Shown: piece after piece, positions 29,481 to 38,681 of the stretch
Numbering within the stretch: the first letter of the stretch is position 1
How the letters are laid out: every line of letters begins with the position of its first letter
Translations under genes and position numbers: made by a program
Assembly (NCBI GenBank): GCA_023247895.1
Contig: JAHFFP010000003.1
Location: 3,084 to 43,018, forward strand
Direction: 5' to 3'
Length of the DNA stretch: 39,935 nt
DNA from: Candidatus Omnitrophota bacterium
GTDB lineage: Bacteria; Omnitrophota; Gorgyraeia; Gygaellales; UBA12090
Notes under the pieces: model-generated
Databases searched by the model: none
Seen by the model: the letters and a program-made list of their open reading frames with translations, nothing else
What the model was told of the DNA's origin: nothing

Positions 29481-31240
29481 TTTTTCACCTCTTTTAACCC
29501 CAACATTTTCTCCACCTGCTCTATCCGAGGGGCTCCATTAATGGCAAAAACCTCATAGTTATTCACTAAAAAGGTCGGGCCGGCAATCTGAAGGTCACTG
29601 TTTAATTTGATATTTTCCCTCAAGAAATTAACCCCCTCCTGCGACATTGCGCATTTTTTAATTGCGGCACTATCAATGCCATGTGCTTGAGCACAAGCAT
29701 CCCACCAGGAACTTTCCTGGCGCTGGGCGCGGCATAAGGCATAATCCCAGTATTTTTTGGGGGAATACTGCTTCAGGCATACCTGCCGCAGGTCCTCTTC
29801 TAATTCCGCTAACCCGCTTGGCGTACCAAAACCGTTTTTTGCCTCGATTGCCAGAAAATGCACATTAACTTCTATATCCCTATACTTTTCCTGCAATTCT
29901 TTCAGTACCGCGATAACTCCCGAGAGGTAATCTCCCCTCGTTCCCATAAAGACATCTAATTTTTTAAAGATCCTCTGTCTTCCTACAAAGATTGAACCGC
30001 CGGAGAACTGAGGTTTTACATAATAATACTCTCCCTTTAACTCTGCGTGTTCCTTAATTCGTGAGAAAGCACTCTCTCCTTCAACTGCTTTAGCTAATAA
30101 ATACACAGGAAGCAAGAGAGCTTGGGTTTGAGTAATCAGCGATTTTCCCAGGGAAGAGTCAGAATCAATAATTCTTGTTTCTAAACCAGGGAAAATTGAC
30201 TTCAAGCTGCTCACCACCTTCTCCTGATGAGGTACCTGATAGTTTTTAGGCTGAATAATCAAAAGAGGAATTGGTTTTGGTTTTTCATAGCTGCAGGAAG
30301 CCTTAAGTGTGGCAGGATTGCCACAGCGGCCATTAACAGCGTTTTTGCGGCAATCGCTATCAGCAAAGCACTGGGGTACTATTTTCATAATTTCCTGATC
30401 TTCCGGAACCTGGTCAGAAAGCCGAATCTGAGTAAGCTTAACATCCTTTATTTTTGAATCCTCCAATTCAATGTCCATCTTGCTCAAACGCCTGCCCTGC
30501 CAGACCGGACGGACAAGATAAGAAGCTCCCACCTTGGTATATTCTTCAGGAGAATTTACAGGGTTGCCGGAAATAATAATATCAATTCCCTTAACCTGCG
30601 TAAGTAACTGCCTATCCTTTTCTTCTCCCAGGGAACTCACCACTACCACAATGTCCACTTTCTTTTCCTTCACTTCTCGAACAGTCCTTTCAAGCGCGAG
30701 GAGCGCATCTTCCATAACTAACCCGCCAGATTTTACCTTTGCTTCATCATTCGTAAGGCCAATTACTGCGATATGGATATTCCCTATGGCTTTGAGCAGG
30801 TACGGCCTTGCGCCCAGCACCTTTACATTAGCCGATAAGAATGGCAGTGATGATTGGGCAATCCTCTCCTCTAAATACGATTTGCCAAAATTCAACTCGC
30901 TATCGCTAATCGCTAAGGCATCGTAGGCCATCAGCTCCAGGGTCTTCTGATTAAGCTCGGTGCGAAGCTTATCTAACTCTATTCCCTGGCTGTGTTCATC
31001 GTAGGCCCCGCCGGCAAAAAAACTGCCTGCTTCAACCAAAAGGATATTGGGATTCTCAAGCCGCAGCTGCCGTAGTTTAGTCATCCTTCGCGCGACGCCT
31101 CCGTCAGGCTCCTTAGGGCAGGCGCAGTGATATAATGCCGCATGGGTTTGGCCGGTATATACAATAGTTATTTTTTCAGCAAAGCTATAGCCCATACTTA
31201 GACATAAAAAGACATTTGTTAAAAAACCTATCTTTTTCAT
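29477..31240 (-). CDS. secreted two-module protein: degenerate calcineurin/5'-nucleotidase-like N-terminal half, Cys cluster, thioredoxin/DsbA-like C-terminal half without CxxC
   Basis: 587 aa with a signal peptide (..SFA-EK). IVYTGQTHAALYHCACPKEPDGGVARR stands where the DxH/GD motifs of metallophosphatases sit, and SDSELNFG stands where GNHEFD sits. Mid-protein cluster CFADSDCRKNAVNGRCGNPATLKASC. The C-terminus ends with ..IAGPTFLVNNYEV, resembling the DsbA-family GTPTFxVNG strand. Confidence 0.5.
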   Translation of the reverse strand: MKKIGFLTNVFLCLSMGYSFAEKITIVYTGQTHAALYHCACPKEPDGGVARRMTKLRQLRLENPNILLVEAGSFFAGGAYDEHSQGIELDKLRTELNQKTLELMAYDALAISDSELNFGKSYLEERIAQSSLPFLSANVKVLGARPYLLKAIGNIHIAVIGLTNDEAKVKSGGLVMEDALLALERTVREVKEKKVDIVVVVSSLGEEKDRQLLTQVKGIDIIISGNPVNSPEEYTKVGASYLVRPVWQGRRLSKMDIELEDSKIKDVKLTQIRLSDQVPEDQEIMKIVPQCFADSDCRKNAVNGRCGNPATLKASCSYEKPKPIPLLIIQPKNYQVPHQEKVVSSLKSIFPGLETRIIDSDSSLGKSLITQTQALLLPVYLLAKAVEGESAFSRIKEHAELKGEYYYVKPQFSGGSIFVGRQRIFKKLDVFMGTRGDYLSGVIAVLKELQEKYRDIEVNVHFLAIEAKNGFGTPSGLAELEEDLRQVCLKQYSPKKYWDYALCRAQRQESSWWDACAQAHGIDSAAIKKCAMSQEGVNFLRENIKLNSDLQIAGPTFLVNNYEVFAINGAPRIEQVEKMLGLKEVKK

Positions 31241-31243
31241 TTT

Positions 31244-32404
31244 TTACACTCCTCCCTTAATCAAAAAAAGAAGCACCCCTAAGAAAAAAAACAATCCGGC
31301 AGTAGCAAGTTTTATCCACCCTAAATGCCTTCTGGCTATTCGAGAAAATGCTTCTGATGTCACTCCTTTAACTGCAGCAATCAGAATCACTATCAAAGGA
31401 ATGATAAACATTAGGTTATATAAGATTAAATACACCCATGCTTGAACGCGTAGCGATGAATTCTTAAGCACATAGGTTATCGTAGGCAAATACGTTTGGC
31501 CCGTACAGACCGATTCAAGGAGAGAAACGATTGTTCCGCTTAAGAACACTGCTATTGCCAAGTCTATAAACGCTCTATTTCTGTTACGAGAGGCATTCTG
31601 GACTATTTTTTGGATTCTCTGTTTAATACATAAGGGTAACTTTAATTTTACCTCATCAGGATTTCCCGTTTTTTTATAGATATACCAATCGTAGATGCTG
31701 TAGAAACCCAAGATAATTGCTAAAAGCGCCGTGAGAAAATAAATAAGCTTCGATATAAAGCTAAAGCCCTCTAAGAGCTGAATAAACCGGAATAATCCCA
31801 AGCCAATCAATAGGTAGGTAAGAAATACCGAAAATATAAATACGCTGCCAAGCATCACCAATTCTCTTTTACGATAACCGACAAAGTTCAAAAAAGAGAT
31901 AAAAAACACTAACACGGTGAAGGCGCAAGGGTTCACCCCGTCAATCAACCCGGCGCTTACTACGGTAAATACTCCAAAGGAAAGGAAACGCTTAAGTGTT
32001 ACCTGGGGGATCCTCTTGACATTGGCAATTAAGGTAAGCTTTACCGTTGGCCTTTCGGGGTCATTGGACTCAACATAAATATATTTTGTTTCTGAGCCAT
32101 CCATGCCTTCCGTATTAAAGCTGAATTTTGCTTCTAGAGAGCTGCCCGCGGCCACTTCAACCCTCTGCTTAGGATAGAGAATGGTGGTACAGCCGCAGCC
32201 AACCCGCATTAACCGTACTTCCAAAGGCGCATCGCCGGTGTTCGTAATAACAAAATTAAAATTATACAGCCTGCCTTCCTCTAACAGGCCTAAATTCAAT
32301 TCTTCTGTGTTAGGTAAGGTAATCTGCGGGCCAGCCAAAACGCTTGTCGTAATTGCCAAGGAGAAAAATAAACCCAGAAGCGATATTTTGAATCTCATTT
32401 GCAA
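31244..32404 (-). CDS. DUF1573 domain fused to a CcdA/DsbD-superfamily thiol:disulfide transporter membrane domain
   Basis: 386 aa. Signal peptide, then a DUF1573 Ig-like module (FNFVITNTGDAPLEV..VGCGCT). Six or so TM segments follow, with DGVNPCAF in the first and ESVCTGQ in a later one; these are the paired Cys positions of CcdA-like proteins. Confidence 0.65.
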   Translation of the reverse strand: MQMRFKISLLGLFFSLAITTSVLAGPQITLPNTEELNLGLLEEGRLYNFNFVITNTGDAPLEVRLMRVGCGCTTILYPKQRVEVAAGSSLEAKFSFNTEGMDGSETKYIYVESNDPERPTVKLTLIANVKRIPQVTLKRFLSFGVFTVVSAGLIDGVNPCAFTVLVFFISFLNFVGYRKRELVMLGSVFIFSVFLTYLLIGLGLFRFIQLLEGFSFISKLIYFLTALLAIILGFYSIYDWYIYKKTGNPDEVKLKLPLCIKQRIQKIVQNASRNRNRAFIDLAIAVFLSGTIVSLLESVCTGQTYLPTITYVLKNSSLRVQAWVYLILYNLMFIIPLIVILIAAVKGVTSEAFSRIARRHLGWIKLATAGLFFFLGVLLFLIKGGV

Positions 32405-32409
32405 AAAAC

Positions 32410-33996
32410 TTACAATTTTACGAGTTTTACCGATAAGATATTATCCAACTTTTTTATCTCATCCAACGCGTGCGATGAAACTGCGCTATCTATATTTAAC
32501 GCGGAGACCGCTTTTCCCCCCGGCTTATCCCTGCCAAAAGTCATCCCGGCTATATTTATTCCATTTTTACCCATAAGCGTGCCTAACCCGCCGATAACCC
32601 CAGGCTTATCCCAATTTTCTAAAAACAACATATATCCCTGAGGGATTGCCTCAACATACAAACCGTCAACATTCACGATTCTTGGCTCGTTGTTCGTAAA
32701 AAGTGTCCCTGCAACTTTACGGTGTTTGCCTTCTATAGCCACCTCAACAGAAATAAGGTTAGTAAAATCTTCCTCTTTCTCTGATTTAAGCTCTAATATC
32801 TTTATACCCCGTTCTTTAGCCAGATTTTTGGCATTTATGTAATTAACGGTCTCCTGTAAAATAGGGCTCAATAACCCTTTCACGATTGCCATAGTCAGAG
32901 GGCTGATATCATGCTTGATGATTTCACCGGTGTAATTTATTTTTAATTCACTCACCCTGCCCTCAAAGAGTTGGCCGGCAAGCAGCCCTAATTTCTCTGC
33001 CAAGTTAATATACGGCTGCAGCAATTGGCAGACCTCAACAGCCAAGCAGGGAAAATTGGCGGCATTGCGTATCCCTTTATCCAAAAGCGCATCCCTCACA
33101 CTTTGACAAACCTCAATAGCCACATTCACCTGCGCTTCTTCTGTCGATGCCCCCAAATGCGGCGTAAGCACCACGTTTTTATGCTTTAAGAGAGGCGATT
33201 GAGAATCCGGCGGCTCTTTCTCAAAGACATCAAGGGCCGCCCCCGCAACCTTGCCGGAATCAAGCGCTTTTAAAAGCGCTACCTCGTTTATTATCCCTCC
33301 CCGGGCACAATTAACTATTCTCACCCCATCCTTCATCATAACAAACTCTTTATCCGAAATAAGATGCCTCGTCTCATCGGTAAGCGGGGTATGGACGCTG
33401 ATATAATCCGACTGCGTAAATAACTCTGCTAATTCCACCACCTCTATCCCCAGATGATTCGCTACTTCTTTGGAAAGAAAAGGGTCATAGGCAATAACCT
33501 TCATTCCGAAAGAAAGCGCGCGTTTAGAAACCTCAGTGCCGATTCTGCCCAAACCCACAACGCCAAGGGTTTTTCCATAGAGCTCAACCCCCATAAACTT
33601 TGAACGCTTCCATTCACCGGCCTTCAAAGAAAAGTCTGCCGCGGGAATATTCCGTGATAACGCTAAAATCATGCTCATTGTATGCTCGGCAGTAGAAATG
33701 GTATTGCCCGCAGGGGTATTCATCACAATAATGCCTTTGTTCGTCGATGCCTCTAAATCTACATTATCTAAACCAACCCCTGCCCTTCCAATAACCTTTA
33801 ATTGTGAGGCGGCATTAATAATATCCCTGGTCACCTTAGTTGCCGAGCGCACAATAAGCGCATGATATTCTTTGATTATTGCCTTAAGCTCATCGGGCTT
33901 AAGATCCGTCTTTATGTCAACTTGAAAATCCTTAACTTCCTTAAGTATCTTGATCCCTTCCTCGCTTAAGGGGTCGCTTACTAATATCTTCACCAT
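32410..33996 (-). CDS. serA: D-3-phosphoglycerate dehydrogenase (with ASB and ACT regulatory domains)
   Basis: 528 aa. Shows GRAGVGLDNVD, GxGRIGxxVA Rossmann motif, NCARGGxI, TPHLGAST and a long C-terminal regulatory region. Confidence 0.9.
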   Translation of the reverse strand: MVKILVSDPLSEEGIKILKEVKDFQVDIKTDLKPDELKAIIKEYHALIVRSATKVTRDIINAASQLKVIGRAGVGLDNVDLEASTNKGIIVMNTPAGNTISTAEHTMSMILALSRNIPAADFSLKAGEWKRSKFMGVELYGKTLGVVGLGRIGTEVSKRALSFGMKVIAYDPFLSKEVANHLGIEVVELAELFTQSDYISVHTPLTDETRHLISDKEFVMMKDGVRIVNCARGGIINEVALLKALDSGKVAGAALDVFEKEPPDSQSPLLKHKNVVLTPHLGASTEEAQVNVAIEVCQSVRDALLDKGIRNAANFPCLAVEVCQLLQPYINLAEKLGLLAGQLFEGRVSELKINYTGEIIKHDISPLTMAIVKGLLSPILQETVNYINAKNLAKERGIKILELKSEKEEDFTNLISVEVAIEGKHRKVAGTLFTNNEPRIVNVDGLYVEAIPQGYMLFLENWDKPGVIGGLGTLMGKNGINIAGMTFGRDKPGGKAVSALNIDSAVSSHALDEIKKLDNILSVKLVKL

Positions 33997-34014
33997 TGCC
34001 GTCCCTTTCCCTCT

Positions 34015-35163
34015 TTAATACTGCTTTAAGAATACTTCCTGCGCTGCTTTTATCCCTTGGCCTAACTGAAATTTATACCCCATCTGGTGTAAAACCTTTT
34101 CTAAACAAGAAAGCGCCAGAATGATGTCAAATTCATTGAGGTATCCCATTGAGGCAATACGAAAGCATTTGCCTTTTAATTCCGCCTGGCCTCCGGCGAT
34201 AGTTATCCCATAGGTATCACGCATTGTCTTAACTAACTTTTCACCGTCAATGCCAGAAGGCACATTGATTGCGGTAATGGCATCGGATGCGCAGGACTCA
34301 TCAGCAAGTAAGGTTAACCCAAGCGCCTTTGCCGATGCCCTCACACTATCAGCTAATTTTTTGCAGCGTCTAAAAACATTTTCTAATCCCTCTGTTTTAA
34401 GCATTTTTAAGGCTGCGCTCAGCGCTACGACCAAAGACACCGAGGTGGTAAAAGGAGTATCTGTCTGTTCCCATGCCTTTTTAGCGGCGCGCAGGTCAAA
34501 ATAGTACCGCGGGCTTTTTGACTCATTCACCAGCTTCCACGCCTTTTGAGATACGCTGATAAAACCTAACCCCGGAGGCAGCATAAGGCCCTTTTGAGAG
34601 CCGCTTACTACCACATCAACGCCCCACTCATCAGTTTTCAAGTCAATCACCCCTAAACCGCTTATGGCGTCAACTACTAACACCGTATCCGTCCCTTGAA
34701 GTACTTGGGCAATTGACTTGATATCAGTAGTCACTCCGGTTGATGTTTCGCACAAGGTCACAAACACCGCTTTAATGTGCGATTTGTGATTTAAGATGTG
34801 CGATTTTATCTGTGTCGCCGTAACTGCTTTCCCCCAGGGGACTTTGATAACCTCTGCTTTTATGCCGTATGCTTGGCACAATTCTGTCCATCGCTCGCCG
34901 AATTTTCCCGATTCAACGGTAATTGCGGTGTCACCGCAAGAAAGTAAATTGCACACTGCCGCTTCCATCGCCCCGGTTCCGGAAGATGAGAAGATAAACA
35001 CATCCGACTTTGTCTGATATACGTATTGTAACCCCTCTACCGCCTCTTTTAAAATCGCCTGAAAACCCGGCGTGCGGTGATGAATAATCGGCTTTGCCAG
35101 CGCCTCGCATACTTCAGGAGGCAGCGGTGTCGGCCCTGGTGTCAATAAATAATTCTTTTTCAT
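34015..35163 (-). CDS. class-V aminotransferase (serine-glyoxylate / phosphoserine aminotransferase-like)
   Basis: 382 aa. LLTPGPTPLPPEV N-terminus, the SGSQKGL pyridoxal-lysine motif, and adjacency to serA all suggest the phosphoserine aminotransferase role. Confidence 0.75.
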   Translation of the reverse strand: MKKNYLLTPGPTPLPPEVCEALAKPIIHHRTPGFQAILKEAVEGLQYVYQTKSDVFIFSSSGTGAMEAAVCNLLSCGDTAITVESGKFGERWTELCQAYGIKAEVIKVPWGKAVTATQIKSHILNHKSHIKAVFVTLCETSTGVTTDIKSIAQVLQGTDTVLVVDAISGLGVIDLKTDEWGVDVVVSGSQKGLMLPPGLGFISVSQKAWKLVNESKSPRYYFDLRAAKKAWEQTDTPFTTSVSLVVALSAALKMLKTEGLENVFRRCKKLADSVRASAKALGLTLLADESCASDAITAINVPSGIDGEKLVKTMRDTYGITIAGGQAELKGKCFRIASMGYLNEFDIILALSCLEKVLHQMGYKFQLGQGIKAAQEVFLKQY

Positions 35164-35187
35164 TCAGAGTTACCTTTCATTATATCG

Positions 35188-35210
35188 GCTTTCAGCCATC
35201 AACTGAAAGC
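35188..35210 (-). repeat. GCTTTCAG / CTGAAAGC hairpin at the clpP stop codon
   Basis: 8-bp perfect stem (35188..35195 with 35203..35210) and a 7-nt loop. No U tract follows. Confidence 0.6.
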
Positions 35211-35815
35211 TATTTTTTCTTCCCCGCTACAACTTCATCAACCAACCCATAGTTTTTGGCTTCCTCACCTGACATAAAATAGTCGCGGTCGGTATCTTTC
35301 TGTACTTTTTCCAAAGATTGTCCCGTATGGTGTGCTAAAATCTCATTTATCCTATCCCTCAGGCGCAAAATTTCCTTTGCCTGAATAGAAATATCCGCGG
35401 CCTGGCCCTGCACCCCGCCCCAAGGCTGATGAATCATCACCCGCGAATGCGGAAGGCAAAAACGCTTACCTTTAGTTCCCGCGGCTAAAAGAAGAGCCCC
35501 CATGCTGGCAGCCTGTCCAACGCAATATGTCGCCACATCGCATTTTACAAACTGCATTGTATCGTAAATAGCAAGCCCTGCGGTAACTGCGCCACCGGGA
35601 GAATTAACGTAGACACTAATTTCCTTATTCACGTCTTCCATCTGCAAAAACAGCATCTGGGCAATTACCAAATTGGCAACCGTATCATCGATAGGAGTGC
35701 CGATAAAAATAATCCTGTCTTTAAGAAGACGGGAAAAAATATCATACGCCCGTTCAAAGCCACGGGAAGTCTGCTCTACCACCATCGGAACTAACGTTTG
35801 TCCATGTATTTGCAT
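35210..35815 (-). CDS. clpP: ATP-dependent Clp protease proteolytic subunit
   Basis: Shows [29 protein letters not shown], GQAASMG (Ser), MIHQP (His) and D..RD. I place the start at the ATG 35815, preceded by AAGGGAG. The ORF-track start at 35839 is a GTG. Confidence 0.95.
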   Translation of the reverse strand: MQIHGQTLVPMVVEQTSRGFERAYDIFSRLLKDRIIFIGTPIDDTVANLVIAQMLFLQMEDVNKEISVYVNSPGGAVTAGLAIYDTMQFVKCDVATYCVGQAASMGALLLAAGTKGKRFCLPHSRVMIHQPWGGVQGQAADISIQAKEILRLRDRINEILAHHTGQSLEKVQKDTDRDYFMSGEEAKNYGLVDEVVAGKKK

Positions 35816-35845
35816 TTCATTCTCCCTTCTAAATGTCACGTTAAA

Positions 35846-35908
35846 CGTTTACCGCTCACCGTTTACCGTAACGGTAAACGGTACACGCCTACAGGGTGAA
35901 CGGTCAAC
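35846..35908 (-). repeat. long hairpin of 7-nt CGNTNAC units in the tig-clpP spacer
   Basis: The core is the near-perfect palindrome CCGTTTACCGT-A-ACGGTAAACGG (35859..35881). The outer arms are CGTTTACCGCTCACC and GGGTGAACGGTCAACG. Confidence 0.7.
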
Positions 35909-35936
35909 GAAAACTATCATTTTTAAAATAGAGGCG

Positions 35937-36812
35937 TTATTCTTCAATCCAATTGGCTTGGCTTAACAAAAACTCAATCACATCCTGGCTAAGATGATCA
36001 CTTTCAGGGATACCTTCCTTCTTAGCGATTTCATCCAAGACTAAGAATGTCTTCACCTGAAGTTCTGCATCGGGCTGCAATTCTTTCCTTAGTTTATCTT
36101 CCTGCGATATCACCTGCTCTTTGGTAGCCCCCCGCATCATCATTTGTGTCTTTGCCTCACGGGCTAATTCCTCAAGCCTGCGCTGTATCAAAGACGGGGG
36201 AATCCGAAAATTCACCTTAGCTAATACCTGCTTGATTATATCATCCTGCAGCTTATAGCGTAAGTCGTTTTCCTTCTGCACATATAACTGGCGTTCAATT
36301 GACTGCCTCATCTCTCCAACAGCCTTATACCCTAAGCGCTTTGCAAAGGTATCATCAAACGCCTCTACCTTTCGCGCGCCTTTTAAATTCTCTATTGCCT
36401 TATCCACTTCATCCTGGCTGACGGCAATTTTCTTGTATTTGAGTTTTAGATTTTTATACTCTTTCACTTCAATTTCAGGGCGCACCTCAACTATTGCTTT
36501 AAAAGATAGGATGTTAGATTCCAGCTTCACATTGCTAATCTCAGGTAATTCTATGACCCCTATTTTTTCTTTCTCAATAGAATGCGTATAGGCTTCAGGA
36601 ATTAAATCCTTGATTACCTCTTCCCGCGCAAGGCGGCCGTGATGTTTTTCCAAGATATCACGCGGGGCACTTCCAGGCCTAAAGCCGGGGATTTTCGCTT
36701 CCTTGCCTATCCTTATATACACTTCATCAAATTTCTTTTTTACCGTTTCTTGAGGAACTTCAATATCCAACTGTATCCTTGCTGCATCTACTTTTTTAGT
36801 TTCAACTTTCAT
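35937..36812 (-). CDS. tig: trigger factor lacking the FKBP/PPIase domain
   Basis: 291 aa. N-terminal ribosome-binding domain with a GFRPGSAP signature, then a direct junction (..ENLKGARKVEAFDDTFAKRLG..) into the helical C-terminal domain. Gene order is tig-clpP. Confidence 0.85.
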   Translation of the reverse strand: MKVETKKVDAARIQLDIEVPQETVKKKFDEVYIRIGKEAKIPGFRPGSAPRDILEKHHGRLAREEVIKDLIPEAYTHSIEKEKIGVIELPEISNVKLESNILSFKAIVEVRPEIEVKEYKNLKLKYKKIAVSQDEVDKAIENLKGARKVEAFDDTFAKRLGYKAVGEMRQSIERQLYVQKENDLRYKLQDDIIKQVLAKVNFRIPPSLIQRRLEELAREAKTQMMMRGATKEQVISQEDKLRKELQPDAELQVKTFLVLDEIAKKEGIPESDHLSQDVIEFLLSQANWIEE

Positions 36813-36854
36813 GTGTATTCCCTTTCAAACAAGACTTTCATATTAGAAGCTTTG

Positions 36855-36940
36855 TTTGATTCCGCGGCAAATATGCCGCAGAATCAAATTAGTTATCTGC
36901 CTGCGGTAAATCTTCCCGCGGTTTCGTCGGGAAGATTTAC
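36855..36940 (-). repeat. two strong hairpins directly after, and overlapping, the lptB stop codon
   Basis: GTAAATCTTCCCG-9 nt-CGGGAAGATTTAC is a 13-bp perfect stem (36906..36940) that contains the TAA. TTTGATTCCGCGGCA-aata-TGCCGCAGAATCAAA forms 15 bp with one G-U (36855..36888). Neither is followed by a U tract. Confidence 0.65.
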
Positions 36941-37662
36941 ATCCTAAACTTTTCACCCAAATATACCAAACGAGCCTGAGGATTATCTATTAAATCCTGC
37001 GCTGAGCCGGAAATTAAAATCTTACCCTCAGAAATCAAATATGCCCGGTCAGTAATGGAGAGTGTCTCTCTTACATTATGGTCTGTCAATAAAACCCCCA
37101 GCCCTCGCGCCTTTAACTCCTTGATTATTGCCTGGGCCTCAGAAACCACAATAGGGTCTATCCCTGAAAACGGCTCATCCAAAAGAATAAACGATGGCCT
37201 CGTCACCAACGCCCGGGTTATCTCCAGGCGTCGCCTCTCGCCGCCGGAGAGGGTATATGCTCTGGATTTCGCCAGATGAGCTATGTTTAACTCATTAAGC
37301 AATTCCTTAAGACGTTTTTCTCTTTGGTTTGAGGCTAAAGGCAATGTCTCAAGGATTGCCATAATATTATCTTCTACGCTCAATTTCCGAAAGACTGAAC
37401 TTTCCTGAGCCAAATACCCAATGCCTAAACGGCTACGCTCATGTATCGGTAAATTAGTGATATCTTCATTATCAAAGATTATCTTTCCCTTTTCAGGGGC
37501 AATAATCCCCACTACCATATAAAAGGTAGTCGTCTTTCCTGCTCCATTCGGCCCAAGAAGCCCCACCACCTCGCCTCTTTTGACCAAGATGTCAACGCCG
37601 GAAACGACTTTTCTTCCGTTATATGATTTCTCTAAACCTTTAGTTTCCAGAAGGTGCATCAA
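36937..37662 (-). CDS. lptB: LPS export ABC transporter ATP-binding protein
   Basis: 241 aa. Shows GLLGPNGAGKTT, LSGGERRRLEITRAL, ILLDEPFSGIDP, and a YLGExF tail typical of LptB. Confidence 0.9.
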   Translation of the reverse strand: MMHLLETKGLEKSYNGRKVVSGVDILVKRGEVVGLLGPNGAGKTTTFYMVVGIIAPEKGKIIFDNEDITNLPIHERSRLGIGYLAQESSVFRKLSVEDNIMAILETLPLASNQREKRLKELLNELNIAHLAKSRAYTLSGGERRRLEITRALVTRPSFILLDEPFSGIDPIVVSEAQAIIKELKARGLGVLLTDHNVRETLSITDRAYLISEGKILISGSAQDLIDNPQARLVYLGEKFRM

Positions 37663-38536
37663 TTAATTTATCCTCAGAATATATAACCAGGCGGGGACGT
37701 CCGGTAAGGGTCATTTTCTTATCCGCGGCTGAATAAATGGCTTCTTCGCTATACGAGGTATTGTCGCCTTTGACAATCTTTACATTCCCGATTGAGCGGA
37801 TACGCAAAATCTTTTTATTCTTAAAATCAAAATACGCCTCCATCTTATCCGCGTACATTTGCCCTTGTTCTCCCTGGTCTGCCTTGACGTTATTGTTAAA
37901 AGTAGCAATTTCTTTATCGTAATCTATTTCTAACGGGCCATCGCAGGTAATCACCGTAGGCTGCTTATTTTTCTGCTCTTGGCTATCTTTCGGCACATCC
38001 AAAAGCTGCGCCTTTTCTTTTATTTCAACCTGCACATCTTTTTTTAAATATACCTTCTTTAAATTAGGCTCTCCCTCTAACCCCTTGGCAATTGCTGTGA
38101 TATTTTCTTTTTCAATATGCACCCTATCATCGGAAGTAACCTTTTGTGACGCCCTATCCCAGTCTAAAGAATCCGTAGTCAGCTTCCCCCCGCTCTGAGT
38201 AGTGATAACTACGTTATCCTCTAGATGCATCTTACCGCTCGATTTGTCATACGTGCCTTTGTCGCTTACCAGATTGATATTTTCTTCCTCGCCATAGACA
38301 TCCGCCGTGACGCTGGTAAGCCGCACGATATCAGAGAATATGTCAGCAGAATTGCCTTTTACCTCCCAAGATTTCTTGCCTTTCTGGGTATAACCGCAAA
38401 GCGAAAAATCCATCATCTTCTGCTCAGCCTCACCCTGGGCATCCTGCCTCTGGTCTTTCGCTGGGTGTTTCACTGCGGCATCCAAAACAAAACCTCCCGC
38501 AAATAAAAAAAATAACACAAGGGATATTTTTCGCAT
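37640..38536 (-). CDS. periplasmic LPS-transport protein with tandem OstA-fold modules (LptC-like plus LptA-like)
   Basis: 298 aa. N-terminal anchor, then two beta-jellyroll-like repeats of the pattern G..v.l..nV.i......l.ad...yd. Overlaps the lptB start by 23 nt. Confidence 0.6.
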   Translation of the reverse strand: MRKISLVLFFLFAGGFVLDAAVKHPAKDQRQDAQGEAEQKMMDFSLCGYTQKGKKSWEVKGNSADIFSDIVRLTSVTADVYGEEENINLVSDKGTYDKSSGKMHLEDNVVITTQSGGKLTTDSLDWDRASQKVTSDDRVHIEKENITAIAKGLEGEPNLKKVYLKKDVQVEIKEKAQLLDVPKDSQEQKNKQPTVITCDGPLEIDYDKEIATFNNNVKADQGEQGQMYADKMEAYFDFKNKKILRIRSIGNVKIVKGDNTSYSEEAIYSAADKKMTLTGRPRLVIYSEDKLIDAPSGN

Positions 38537-38548
38537 TTTAACCTTTAT

Positions 38549-38576
38549 ATATTATCATTTAGCGCTTAATTGTCAA
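38549..38576 (-). promoter_or_regulatory. candidate sigma70-type promoter upstream of the LptC-like gene
   Basis: Minus strand reads TTGACA-16 nt-TAATAT. Caveat: the -10 element ends only 12 nt before the ATG, which would leave an almost leaderless mRNA. Confidence 0.25.
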
Positions 38577-38681
38577 GGGAAGTTCGAGAAAAATTTGGGA
38601 AGGTAATTGTAATGATAGGCCACTTATAGTTATACGCCCAAAAACAGGCAAGAGACAGAAAATTTGCTATAAATATAAAAA

